Shown: positions 13,363 through 26,000 of the stretch, in pieces
Layout of the letters: the number at the start of each line of letters is the position of its first letter
Position numbering within the stretch: the first letter of the stretch is position 1
Source of the DNA: Macrostomum lignano
Taxonomy: Eukaryota
Direction: 5' to 3'
Assembly (NCBI GenBank): GCA_002269645.1
Contig: NIVC01003757.1
Location: 14,418 to 78,417 of the forward strand
Length of the DNA stretch: 64,000 bases
Notes under the pieces: generated by a model
The model's input: the letters and a program-made list of their open reading frames with translations, nothing else
What the model was told of the DNA's origin: nothing
Database searches by the model: none
Translations under genes and position numbers: made by a program

Positions 13363-14008
13363 CTAGGGTCGGCAAACTCCGGCTCGCCAAGCCTCTCTAT
13401 CCGGCCCTCGGGTCCTTTGAAACTTTGGAATAGCAACCCGGCCCGCTCAAGGTCTCTTCTCAGCTCTCCTATCCCTCTCCTCTCGTCTCCCCTCTCCTCT
13501 CCTCTCTCCTCTCTCCTCTCCCCTCTCCTCTCTCCTCTCCTCCCTCCTCTCCCCTCTCCCCTCTCCCCTCTCCTCTCCCCTCTCCTCTCTCCTCTCCCCT
13601 CTCCTCTCTCCTCTCCCCTCTCCTCTCTCCTCTCCCCTCTCCTCTCTCCTCTCCCCTCTCCCCTCTCCTCTCTCCTCTCTCCTCTCTCCTCTCTCCTCTC
13701 TCCTCTCTCCTCTCCCCTCTCCTCTCTCCTCTCTCCTCTCCTCTCCCCTCTCCCCTCTCCCCTCTCCTCTCCCCTCTCCTCTCTCCTCTCCCCTCTCCCC
13801 TCTCCTCTCCTCTCTCCTCTCCCCTCTCCCCTCTCCTCTCCCCTCTCCTCTCTCCTCTCCCCTCTCCTCTCTCCTCTCCTCTCTCCTCTCCCCTCTCCCC
13901 TCTCCTCTCTCCTCTCCTCTCTCCTCTCCTCTCCTCTCCCCTCTCCTCTCCCCTCTCCCCTCTCCTCTCTCCTCTCCCCTCTCCCTTCCCCTCTCCTCTC
14001 CCCTCTCC
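13363..14008 (+). mobile_element. hAT-like MITE copy with an approximately 540-bp expanded (CTCTC/CTCCC) tract
   Basis: Left end CTAGGGTCGGCAAACTCCGGC...CTCTCTATCCGGCCCTCGGGTCC...GCTCAAGGTC, then pure C/T repeat over 13470-14008. No right end was recognised. Confidence 0.75.
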
Positions 14009-14427
14009 TGTTGATAATGCAGGCCTCCTTGTACTTCAGCTGTCCGCGACTCCACAGTTCGTTTTTATCAGAATTTCAGACATGTTAAGAAACAAATTCG
14101 CTTGCTTCCGAAGTTAATAGACTATTATGAGGTCCGTTCCAGACACTATTTTCTAGTATTCCATGGTCAGACTTGGCTGTCATATGATCAACAAATCTCC
14201 TTAGTTGGAAGGGATCTATCATTTGTCTCCCATGCAGGCCGCCAGAAGCTACCCGGTCGCTGATGCGGGCTAGGAATTCAATGCAGATCTTCGCTCCCCT
14301 TGCTGTTTATCATTTTCCCCCTCAATTCTGGTGAAATTATCGCACAACTGGTTGCGCGCTGGCTGGCTGGCTAAAGGGATACAGGACAGACAGGTCTTCA
14401 AACTGTGAAATTAATTAACTCAACTTG

Positions 14428-14615
14428 GCGCACCTAAAGTCCCTGGTTCGATTCCGTGCGCGGCCGCATTCGTTTTCGTGCGATTCACAAGGCACAGCCA
14501 TGAGTGCCAGCCCCCATGGCACAGACAGTGTACATGCCTGGCGATTGGCAAGTCAGAGGGCCGATGTACACCCTGTGTGAGCGTGTGTATGAGTGCGTAC
14601 CTGAGTACAGTATTG
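14428..14615 (+). mobile_element. Diverged copy of the tRNA-SINE family
   Basis: B-box GGTTCGATTCC at ~14445, and a 3' body GTGTACATGCC...AGGGCCGATGTACACCCTGTGTGAGCGTGTG resembling the reverse complement of 57880-57960. Confidence 0.6.
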
Positions 14616-15112
14616 AGGCTGAGAGTGACATGCTATCGAGAGTGAGCTGAGAGTTGAGAGTGACATGCTTATCGAGAGTGAGCTGGAGGCTGAGAGTGAC
14701 ATGCTATCGAGAGTGAACTGAAAGTTGAGAGTGACATGCTATCGAGAGTGAGCTGAGAGTTGAGAGTGACATGCTATCGAGAGTGAACTGAAAGTTGAGA
14801 GTGACATGCTATCGAGAGTGAGCTGAGAGTTGAGAGTGACATGCTATCGAGAGTGAACTGAAGGCTGAGAGTGACATGCCTATCGAGAGTGAACTCAGTG
14901 AACTGAGGGTTGAGAGTGACATGGTATCGAGAGTGAACTGAGACTTGATAGTGACATGCTATCGAGAGTGAACTGAAGGCTGAGAGTGACATGCTATCGA
15001 GAGTGAACTGAGTTGAGAGTGACATGCTATCGAGAGTGAGCTGAGAGTTGAGAGTGACATGCTATAGACAGTGAGCTGAGAGTTGAGAGTGACATGCTAT
15101 CGAGAGTGAACT
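14615..15112. repeat. 35-bp minisatellite (GAGAGTGACATGCTATCGAGAGTGAGCTGAGAGTT)n
   Basis: Directly visible; starts at the 3' end of a SINE copy. Confidence 0.93.
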
Positions 15113-15879
15113 GCATCAGTTAGCTTGGTTGAATTTGTTAGAGTGAACTACTTCGTCCATAATGAGCTAGTAAACTAAATAGTGAGCTAATTACCCAGAC
15201 CAGAAAGCTTAACATCGTATTGGAAAACCGGTTTACGGGAAATCGCATTGTTTTTTTCAAACAAAAAATCTAAGAAGCAAAGATTAGAAACTCACTGGCT
15301 CTACTGAACAAGGTTTTTCTTAAACGTCTTTATATTAATCTAATAAAACCTATATTTTCGTTTTTAGCCTCTGGTGTAAAAACTGTCACTACTGGAAACG
15401 CTTCAGCTGGACTGCATTCTGTGTTAGCTTGCAAGTTTTACTATCTCTTATCGCAACACTTTTTCCGTCTCCAACGTAAAAAGCAGAAGGCCCAAGCAAG
15501 CAGCTCAGATAGTGACTTGGGTTCCGACGACTGCTCAACAAATCTTTATTTTGCTGTCCGCATGCATAGACGGGAAGTTTTGCAGACTAAGAAAAGTTTG
15601 CGCTTTTTATCAGGCCGAGCAGCTCTGCTTCGTGTTGTGCCATGTTGAATTGCTTTTGGCTTCTAAATTCACTGGTGACAGGGGTTACTCTTTGCCTGCC
15701 CAGCTCCGACTCTGCACTGCCCTACCAGAGGTTCCGATAAGATTTGGGGGGGGGGGCGCTCAATCGGTGAGAATTGCTAACGGAGTTTTACTCCCGTCTT
15801 GTTTTTGTATGCCTTTTTAGTTTTAGGCGTTTCTAATGTGTTAGAATAGAGTTAGTTTTAAGGGAATTTCGGTTGCGTT

Positions 15880-16800
15880 AGCGGAGAATTTCGGTAGGGG
15901 GAGAAAATTTTGGTATCGGAGAATTCGGTATGGGGAATTTTTCGCTATCGGAGAATTTCGGTATGGAAGAATTTCGGTTTCGTAGAATTTTGGTATGAGA
16001 GAATTTTGGTATGAGAGAATTTTGGTATGAGAGAATTTTGGTATGAGAGAATTTTGGTATGAGAGAATTTTGGTATGAGAGAATTTTGGTATGAGAGAAT
16101 TTTGGTATGAGAGAATTTTGGTATCGGAGAATTTCGGTATGGAAGAATTTCGGTTTCGTAGAATTTTGGTATGAGAGAATTTTGGTATGAGAGAATTTTG
16201 GTATGAGAGAATTTTGGTATGAGAGAATTTTGGTATGAGAGAATTTTGGTATGAGAGAATTTTGGTATGAGAGAATTTTGGTATCGGAGAATTTTGGTAT
16301 GGGAGAATTTTGGTATGGGAGAATTTTGGTTTTGAAGAATTTCGGTTTCGGAGAATTTGGGTGTCGGGAAATTTAGGTATGGGAGAATTTTGGTATGGAG
16401 GAATTTTGGTATGAAAGAATTTTGTATGGAGGAATTTTGGTATGAAAGAATTTTGTATGGAGGAATTTTGGTATGAAAGAATTTTGTATGGAGGAATTTT
16501 GGTATGAAAGAATTTTGTATGGAGGAATTTTGGTATGAAAGAATTTTGTATGGAGGAATTTTGGTATGAAAGAATTTTGTATGGAGGAATTTTGGTATGA
16601 AAGAATTTTGTATGGAGGAATTTTGGTATGAAAGAATTTTGTATGGAGGAATTTTGTAATGGAGAATTTTGGTACAGGGATTTCGGTATCGGAGAATTTT
16701 GGTATCGGGAATTTGGTTTCGGGGAATTTCGGTATCGGAGAATTTTGGTATCGGGGAATTCCGGTATATGAGAATTTTGGTATCGGAGAATTATATTATT
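15880..16800. repeat. 16-bp minisatellite (GAGAATTTTGGTATGA)n with a 31-bp dimeric sub-block
   Basis: Directly visible; explains the 323-aa YQNS/IPKF ORF. Confidence 0.95.
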
Positions 16801-17412
16801 GGAGAATCTCAACAGAGGAGGCTAATGATTCTGGGAATTCCAGTATTTCAAGTGTGCTCGGATCGGAAACATTGGGATTAAAAAAATGTAAAATTCGAAA
16901 CAAAGTTACGAACCAGATTCAGTTGACAGAGAGAAAAGAAAAAATAATCATATAAATATGAGAAAAGTTTAACACTGGAAAAATTTTTACGCTGGGTCAC
17001 GATACGCTCAAGGCCTAAGCTTGGCTCTTATCTTATCTGTGCCTGATGTTTGGCACACAGACCGTGAGAGAGCGGGCACCGTGACTAAATGGTGAATCAG
17101 ATTTCTCTGTTCGAAAGCTTGACCAGAAATGGCTGAGCTGAGTAGTCAGTTAGCCTTCTAGTTTGAGTCGAGGTTCATTCATGCACATTTTCGATGCAGG
17201 TGAGAACTTTTTTATGAAGAATATGAAGAATACAAGTCATATCGGAGTAATAAATGTGAAACAGCGATGCATTTTGAAACATTTGTAGAGTTGGTGGTGA
17301 GCAGCTACTTGGGTGAGAATGTGTGGGTGAGAGGAAGCGTGGGTGAGGGAGAGAAGGTGAGAGCGAGAGAGTAGGTGAAAGGGAGTGCGTGAGAGGGAGT
17401 GTAGGTGATAGA

Positions 17413-17928
17413 GGGAGAGTGGGTTAGGGAGAGTGGGTTAGGGAGAGTGGGTTAGGGAGAGTGGGTTAGGGAGAGTGGGTTAGGGAGAGTGGGTTAGGGA
17501 GAGTGGGTTAGGGAGAGTGGGTTAGGGAGAGTGGGTTAGGGAGAGTGGGTTAGGGAGAGTGGGTTAGGGAGAGTGGGTTAGGGAGAGTGGGTTAGGGAGA
17601 GTGGGTTAGGGAGAGTGGGTTAGGGAGAGTGGGTTAGGGAGAGTGGGTTAGGGAGAGTGGGTTAGGGAGAGTGGGTTAGGGAGAGTGGGTTAGGGAGAGT
17701 GGGTTAGGGAGAGTGGGTTAGGGAGAGTGGGTTAGGGAGAGTGGGTTAGGGAGAGTGGGTTAGGGAGAGTGGGTTAGGGAGAGTGGGTTAGGGAGAGTGG
17801 GTTAGGGAGAGTGGGTTAGGGAGAGTGGGTTAGGGAGAGTGGGTTAGGGAGAGTGGGTTAGGGAGAGTGGGTTAGGGAGAGTGGGTTAGGGAGAGTGGGT
17901 TAGGGAGAGTGGGTTAGGGAGAGTGGGT
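17413..17928. repeat. Homogeneous 14-bp minisatellite (GGGTTAGGGAGAGT)n, ~36 copies
   Basis: Directly visible; each unit contains TTAGGG. Confidence 0.97.
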
Positions 17929-17973
17929 GAGAGCGAGAGTGGGTGGTGAGTCGTAGTTAGGAAGAAGGAGAGA

Positions 17974-19714
17974 AGCTGCTGTAGTCAGATGTCATCAGAG
18001 AAGCTGCTGTAGTCAGATGTCATCAGAGAAGCTGCTGTAGTCAGATGTCATCAGAGAAGCTGTAGTCAGATGTCATCAGAGAAGCTGTAGTCAGATGTCA
18101 GCAGAGAAGCTGTAGTCAGATGTCATCAGAGAAGCTGTAGTCAGATGTCAGCAGAGAAGCTGTATAGTCAGATGTCATCAGAGAAGCTGTAGTCAGATGT
18201 CATCAGAGAAGCTGTAGTCAGATGTCATCAGAGAAGCTGTATAGTCAGATGTCAGCAGAGAAGCTGTATAGTCAGATGTCAGCAGAGAAGCTGTATAGTC
18301 AGATGTCAGCAGAGAAGCTGTATAGTCAGATGTCAGCAGAGAAGCTGTATAGTCAGATGTCAGCAGAGAAGCTGTATAGTCAGATGTCAGCAGAGAAGCT
18401 GTATAGTCAGATGTCAGCAGAGAAGCTGTATAGTCAGATGTCAGCAGAGAAGCTGTATAGTCAGATGTCAGCAGAGAAGCTGTAGTCAGATGTCAGCAGA
18501 GAAGCTGTATAGTCAGATGTCAGCAGAGAAGCTGTAGTCAGATGTCAGCAGAGAAGCTGTAGTCAGATGTCAGCAGAGAAGCTGTAGTCAGATGTCAGCA
18601 GAGAAGCTGTATAGTCAGATGTCAGCAGAGAAGCTGTATAGTCAGATGTCAGCAGAGAAGCTGTATAGTCAGATGTCAGCAGAGAAGCTGTATAGTCAGA
18701 TGTCAGCAGAGAAGCTGTAGTCAGATGTCAGCAGAGAAGCTGTATAGTCAGATGTCAGCAGAGAAGCTGTATAGTCAGATGTCAGCAGAGAAGCTGTAGT
18801 CAGATGTCAGCAGAGAAGCTGTATAGTCAGATGTCAGCAGAGAAGCTGTAGTCAGATGTCAGCAGAGAAGCTGTAGTCAGATGTCAGCAGAGAAGCTGTA
18901 GTCAGATGTCAGCAGAGAAGCTGTATAGTCAGATGTCAGCAGAGAAGCTGTATAGTCAGATGTCAGCAGAGAAGCTGTATAGTCAGATGTCAGCAGAGAA
19001 GCTGTATAGTCAGATGTCAGCAGAGAAGCTGTAGTCAGATGTCAGCAGAGAAGCTGTAGTCAGATGTCAGCAGAGAATCTGTAGTCAGATGTCAGCAGAG
19101 AAGCTGTATAGTCAGATGTCAGCAGAGAAGCTGTAGTCAGATGTCAGCAGAGAAGCTGTATAGTCAGATGTCAGCAGAGAAGCTGTAGTCAGATGTCAGC
19201 AGAGAAGCTGTAGTCAGATGTCAGCAGAGAAGCTGTAGTCAGATGTCAGCAGAGAAGCTGTATAGTCAGATGTCAGCAGAGAAGCTGTATAGTCAGATGT
19301 CAGCAGAGAAGCTGTAGTCAGATGTCAGCAGAGAAGCTGTAGTCAGATGTCATCAGAGAAGCTGTAGTCAGATGTCAGCAGAGAAACTGTAGTCAGATGT
19401 CAGCAGAGAAGCTGTAGTCAGATGTCAGCAGAGAAGCTGTAGTCAGATGTCAGCAGAGAAGCTGTAGTCAGATGTCAGCAGAGAAGCTGTAGTCAGATGT
19501 CAGCAGAGAAGCTGTAGTCAGATGTCAGCAGAGAAGCTGTAGTCAGATGTCAGCAGAGAAGCTGTAGTCAGATGTCAGCAGAGAAGCTGTAGTCAGATGT
19601 CAGCAGAGAAGCTGTAGTCAGATGTCAGCAGAGAAGCTGTAGTCAGATGTCAGCAGAGAAGCTGTAGTCAGATGTCAGCAGAGAAGCTGTAGTCAGATGT
19701 CAGCAGAGAAACTG
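17974..19714. repeat. 25/27-bp minisatellite GT(AT)AGTCAGATGTCAGCAGAGAAGCT
   Basis: Two length variants differing by a TA dinucleotide are interspersed. Confidence 0.97.
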
Positions 19715-19792
19715 TATGCCACAGCGTGTAAAAATGTAGGGGAACCTATCCTCGCCAGTGTGTGGATGATCACAATGGAGCTCCAGACTCAC

Positions 19793-19862
19793 CAATACCG
19801 TGCAGCAGTTCGGACTTTTCAACAATTCGATGAGGCTGAGAAGACTGACCACCTTCAGCCAT
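19793..19862 (-). CDS. Candidate first coding exon (MAEGGQSSQPHRIVEKSELLHGI), possibly of the PRDM1-like gene
   Basis: Kozak-like gccagccATGG at 19862 and a strong donor G|GTGAGT at 19793/19792, phase 1. This is frame-compatible with the phase-1 acceptor at 6337. No homology evidence, so the linkage is inferred. Confidence 0.4.
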
Positions 19863-21004
19863 GGCTGGCGCAGAGAAGGAAAGCTGGCTTGGTCCGCTGG
19901 TTGCGAAGGTGATCTGGGAGCGCCAGACTCCAAGCGTATTCGAAGCTACAAAAGCCAGGACCAGCTATTCGGCCAGATAATGAGCGACTCTCGAGAGCGC
20001 CAGAAAGCAGAGCCCTGGTTCAATAAATAAGCCCCAAAAACTGTCGGAGTCAACCCCGCCCGCTCTGATAAGGAAACACTGAGGCCTCTGCCCGCCGAGC
20101 CCCTCTGTTCCACAAGAGCTGAGAGTTACAATCAGAACCCGCGCTGCACAGACTCCGCTTCTCGCCAGAGGGGACACAGTTGAAAGGGCAATAATACATG
20201 CTGCATCGGGTTAATTAAGACTCGGCTGGGTTTGAGCAATATTTTCGGAAAAGCTATCGAACTCCCGACAGCGGTTATCGGGGAAGAAAGGGGTTATTGG
20301 GACAGAGAGAGAGAGAGGGGAGTTTGGGGAAGCGAGTCTCTTATCAGGGCAAATATTTGTTGGAAAATTTTTGGTGACTTTCGCAGTAACTTCCCTCTCC
20401 CGCCGCTGCCCGCCCGCCGATGCGACCGACGCCTTTCAAACGGACAGATGACGGCTAATCGACAGTGGAGATCGGGGCAAGAAACAGGCGGACCAGCGCT
20501 GTTGGGGGGGGGGGTCTCTCGATTTTCCCCTGAAATCTGCCGAACCTTCCTTATCTTGCTTTTGAGGGCCCATGGGGAGCTGTGGGATTTGCTTAACTGC
20601 TGGCAAATTTCATGCTGAGTTGATAAGAGGCCTGTGATATATTGCTTCACCGCCCCCCCCCCCGGAAGAGCGGTTCGAATCTGAGTGAGAGGGAGACTTT
20701 GAGCAAATAATTCGGCAAATAAGATTGAAATCCCCGAGTTTTGCAGATCCGCGTGCAGTTGCGAGTTCAATTCGATAGGGTTGCGAGCTTGAGGCAAGCC
20801 ATTCGAGGCCAACATGTTGCATTTTCTCTGCCGCACCAGATGAGATAACAGATTTTAAACTCGTGTTCCCAATGCTCATGCGACCGGGATTCGAATGCGA
20901 ACAGACTTTGTTGCGAATGTCAGACTTGAAACTTGGTTTAACTTGCTTAAAATTTCCTGCCTAAAATTCCTGCTTAAAATTTCTACGTTAAAAGCTGCTT
21001 CTGA

Positions 21005-22274
21005 ATGGAGACTGAGAGGTGGAGACTGAAAGGTAAAGAGTGAGATGTCGAGAGTGAGAGGTGTAGAATGAGAGCTGGAAAGTGAGGGTAGAGAGTAAAA
21101 GTTAGAGAGTGAGAGGTGGAGATGAGATTTAGAGAGTGAGAGGTTGAGAGTGAGAGTTAGAGAGTGAGAGGTTGAGAGTGAGAGTTAGAGAGTGAGAGGT
21201 TGAGACTGAGAGTTAGAGAGTAAAAGCTGAGAGGTTGAGAGTGAGAGGTGGAGACTGAGAGTTAGAGAGTGAGAGCTGAGAGTTAGAGAGTGAGAGCTGA
21301 GAGTTAGAGAGTGAGAGGTGGAGACTGAGAGTTAGAGAGTGAGAGGTGGAGACTGAGAGTTAGAGAGTGAGAGCTGAGAGGTTGAGAGTGAGAGGTGGAG
21401 ACTGAGAGTTAGAGAGTGAGAGATGAAGACTGAGAGTTAGAGAGTGAGAGGTTGAGACTGAGAGTCGGAGAGTGAGATGTGGAGACTGAGAGTTAGAGAG
21501 TGAGAGGTGGAGACTGAGAGTTAGAGAGTGAGAGGTTGAGACTAAGAGTTAGAGAGTGATAGCTGAGAGGTTGAGAGTGAGAGATGAAGACTGAGAGTTA
21601 GAGAGTGAGAGATGAAGACTGAGAGTTAGAGAGTGAGATGTGGAGAGTGAGAGTTAGAGAGTGAGAGATGGAGACTGAGAGTTAGAGAGTGAGAGGTGGA
21701 GACTGAGAATTAGATAGTGAGAGGTGGAGACTGAGAGTTAGAGAGTGAGAGGTGGAGACTGAGAGTTAGAGAGTGAGAGGTTGAGACTGAGAGTCGGAGA
21801 GTGAGATGTGGAGAGTGAGAGTTAGAGAGTGAGAGGTGGAGACTGAGAGTTAGAGAGTGAGAGGTTGAGACTGAGAGTTAGAGAGTGAGAGATGGAGACT
21901 GAGAGTTAGAGAGTGAAGGGTTGAGACTGAGAGTTAGAGAGTGAGAGGTGGAGACTGAGAGTTAAAGAGTGAGAGGTGGAGACTGAGAGTTAGAGAGTGA
22001 GAGATGGAGACTGAGAGTTAGAGAGTGAGAGGTGGAGACTGAGAGTTAGAGAGTGAGAGGTGGAGACTGAGAGTTAGAGAGTGAGAGGTTGAGACTGAGA
22101 GTCGGAGAGTGAGAGGTGGAGACTGAGAGTTAGAGAGTGAGAGGTGGAGACTGAGAGTTAAAGAGTGAGAGGTGGAGACTGAGAGTTAGAGAGTGAGAGG
22201 TTGAGACTGAGAGTTAGAGAGTGAGAGGTGGAGACTGAGAGTTAGAGAGTGAGAGGTGGAGACTGAGAGTTAGA
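21005..22274. repeat. ~28-bp GA-rich minisatellite (GAGACTGAGAGTTAGAGAGTGAGAGGTG)n
   Basis: Directly visible. Confidence 0.95.
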
Positions 22275-23045
22275 TAGTTCTATCTTAACTCGTTAGCAAA
22301 CTAAAAAGTTGGCAAGCTGTAAAGTGTGCAGAGAGAAATGTTTGACAATAGAAAATCTGTCAGCTGTTCATAGCTGCCTGGAAAGCAATTCAGGCCACAC
22401 CTCAGCCCACAAGCGCAGCATCTGTAATTACAGTCGGGTTTCACCTGCTGCTTTCATTGCTCCTACTGACCGTTTCTCCCCTGAGGACTCGAGTTTCCAC
22501 TTTGGATGGAATGACAGAATGGAGAAACTGTAATAGAGAAACAGAGGCGGCTCGAGATTCCAGTTTGATAACTTGAGAAGCCGAAGTAGACAAGAGAGTA
22601 GAGTTCGGTCATTTGTCTAATCTCTGCGCCCTCCTGCTGAGAAAAATGCTCCGATTCGAGGCCGTCCGACAGTAGGACCGCCTGCGGCGTATGGATACCT
22701 GAGTCCTTAGCAGCAGCGGTCCAGCTTTTAAATTATACTCGTATTTGAGCCAATTTGTCTCTTTATTGTTAGCATTGTGCAAAAATGGCTCTCAACTCAT
22801 GGAGTGGTTTATCTTGTTCTCAGAGATCATAATTCATTAATCCTACAGCTGTACTGTGAGTAGCTAAGTTTGCTCTTGTCACTGTATTTTGATGGGATAT
22901 AAAAGTTGATTTAAAAACCTGTCTTTAAATCATGCCAGTATTTGACACTAATTCACCATTACCTATAGCTGACACAAATTTCCTGTATCTGTCACCCATT
23001 ACCTATATCTCACACTAACTACCGATCTGACACCCATTGCTTGTA

Positions 23046-26000
23046 TCTGACACTGAGTTTTAGCATCTGACACTGAGTTTTAGCATCTGACACTCAGTTT
23101 TAGCATCTGACACTCAGTTTTAGCATCTGACACTCAGTTTTAGCATCTGACACTCAGTTTTAGCATCTGACACTCAGTTTTAGCATCTGACACTCAGTTT
23201 TAGCATCTGACACTCAGTTTTAGCATCTGACACTCAGTTTTAGCATCTGACACTCAGTTTTAGCATCTGACACTCAGTTTTAGCATCTGACACTCAGTTT
23301 TAGCATCTGACACTCAGTTTTAGCATCTGACACTCAGTTTTAGCATCTGACACTCAGTTTTAGCATCTGACATTCAGTTTTAGCATCTGACACTCAGTTT
23401 TAGCATCTGACACTCAGTTTTAGCATCTGACACTCAGTTTTAGCATCTGACACTCAGTTTTAGCATCTGACACTCAGTTTTAGCATCTGACACTCAATGC
23501 CAGCATCTGACACTCAATGATTTTAGCATCTGACACTCAGTTTTAGCATCTGACACTCAATTTTAGCATCTGACACTCAGTTTTAGCATCTGACACTCAA
23601 TGATTTTAGCATCTGACACTCAGTTTTAGCATCTGACATTCAGTTTTAGCATCTGACACTCAGTTTTAGCATCTGACACTCAATTTTAGCATCTGACACT
23701 CAGTTTTAGCATCTGACACTCAGTTTTAGCATCTGACACTCAGTTTTAGCATCTGACACTCAATTTTAGCATCTGACACTCAATTTTAGCATCTGACACT
23801 CAATGATTTTAGCATCTGACACTCAGTTTTAGCATCTGACATTCAGTTTTAGCATCTGACACTCAGTTTTAGCATCTGACACTCAGTTTTAGCATCTGAC
23901 ACTCAATGCCAGCATCTGACACTCAATGATTTTAGCATCTGACACTCAGTTTTAGCATCTGACACTCAGTTTTAGCATCTGACACTCAATGCCAGCATCT
24001 GACACTCAATGATTTTAGCATCTGACACTCAGTTTTAGCATCTGACACTCAATTTTAGCATCTGACACTCAATTTTAGCATCTGACACTCAATGATTTTA
24101 GCATCTGACACTCAATTTTAGCATCTGACACTCAATTTTAGCATCTGACACTCAGTTTTAGCATCTGACACTCAGTTTTAGCATCTGACACTCAGTTTTA
24201 GCATCTGACACTCAATGCCAGCATCTGACACTCAATGATTTTAGCATCTGACACTCAGTTTTAGCATCTGACATTCAGTTTTAGCATCTGACACTCAGTT
24301 TTAGCATCTGACACTCAGTTTTAGCATCTGACACTCAATGCCAGCATCTGACACTCAATGATTTTAGCATCTGACACTCAGTTTTAGCATCTGACACTCA
24401 GTTTTAGCATCTGACACTCAGTTTTAGCATCTGACACTCAGTTTTAGCATCTGACACTCAGTTTTAGCATCTGACACTCAGTTTTAGCATCTGACACTCA
24501 ATGCCAGCATCTGACACTCAATGATTTTAGCATCTGACACTCAGTTTTAGCATCTGACATTCAGTTTTAGCATCTGACATTCAGTTTTAGCATCTGACAT
24601 TCAGTTTTAGCATCTGACATTCAGTTTTAGCATCTGACACTCAATTTTAGCATCTGACACTCAATTTTAGCATCTGACACTCAGTTTTAGCATCTGACAT
24701 TCAGTTTTAGCATCTGACACTCAGTTTTAGCATCTGACACTCAATTTTAGCATCTGACACTCAGTTTTAGCATCTGACACTCAGTTTTAGCATCTGACAC
24801 TCAGTTTTAGCATCTGACACTCAATTTTAGCATCTGACACTCAATTTTAGCATCTGACACTCAGTTTTAGCATCTGACACTCAGTTTTAGCATCTGACAC
24901 TCAGTTTTAGCATCTGACACTCAATGCCAGCATCTGACACTCAATGATTTTAGCATCTGACACTCAGTTTTAGCATCTGACATTCAGTTTTAGCATCTGA
25001 CACTCAGTTTTAGCATCTGACACTCAGTTTTAGCATCTGACACTCAGTTTTAGCATCTGACACTCAGTTTTAGCATCTGACACTCAGTTTTAGCATCTGA
25101 CACTCAATTTTAGCATCTGACACTCAATTTTAGCATCTGACACTCAATGATTTTAGCATCTGACACTCAGTTTTAGCATCTGACATTCAGTTTTAGCATC
25201 TGACACTCAATGATTTTAGCATCTGACACTCAGTTTTAGCATCTGACACTCAGTTTTAGCATCTGACACTCAGTTTTAGCATCTGACACTCAGTTTTAGC
25301 ATCTGACACTCAGTTTTAGCATCTGACACTCAATGCCAGCATCTGACACTCAATGATTTTAGCATCTGACACTCAGTTTTAGCATCTGACATTCAGTTTT
25401 AGCATCTGACACTCAGTTTTAGCATCTGACACTCAATTTTAGCATCTGACACTCAATTTTAGCATCTGACACTCAATGATTTTAGCATCTGACACTCAAT
25501 GATTTTAGCATCTGACACTCAGTTTTAGCATCTGACACTCAATGATTTTAGCATCTGACACTCAGTTTTAGCATCTGACACTCAATTCCAGCATCTGACA
25601 CTCAATGATTTTAGCATCTGACACTCAGTTTTAGCATCTGACACTCAATTTTAGCATCTGACACTCAATTTTAGCATCTGACACTCAATGATTTTAGCAT
25701 CTGACACTCAGTTTTAGCATCTGACACTCAGTTTTAGCATCTGACACTCAGTTTTAGCATCTGACACTCAATTTTAGCATCTGACACTCAGTTTTAGCAT
25801 CTGACACTCAATGATTTTAGCATCTGACACTCAGTTTTAGCATCTGACATTCAGTTTTAGCATCTGACACTCAATGATTTTAGCATCTGACACTCAGTTT
25901 TAGCATCTGACACTCAGTTTTAGCATCTGACACTCAGTTTTAGCATCTGACACTCAGTTTTAGCATCTGACACTCAGTTTTAGCATCTGACACTCAATGC

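Noticed and set aside
13195-14088. 297-aa Leu/Ser/Pro ORF and 202-aa Glu/Arg/Gly ORF
   Set aside because: Translation of a CT microsatellite inside a MITE.
15421-15820. Cys-containing ORFs as a piggyBac C-terminal remnant
   Set aside because: Cys spacing does not fit the CRD pattern and there are no TTAA-flanked termini.
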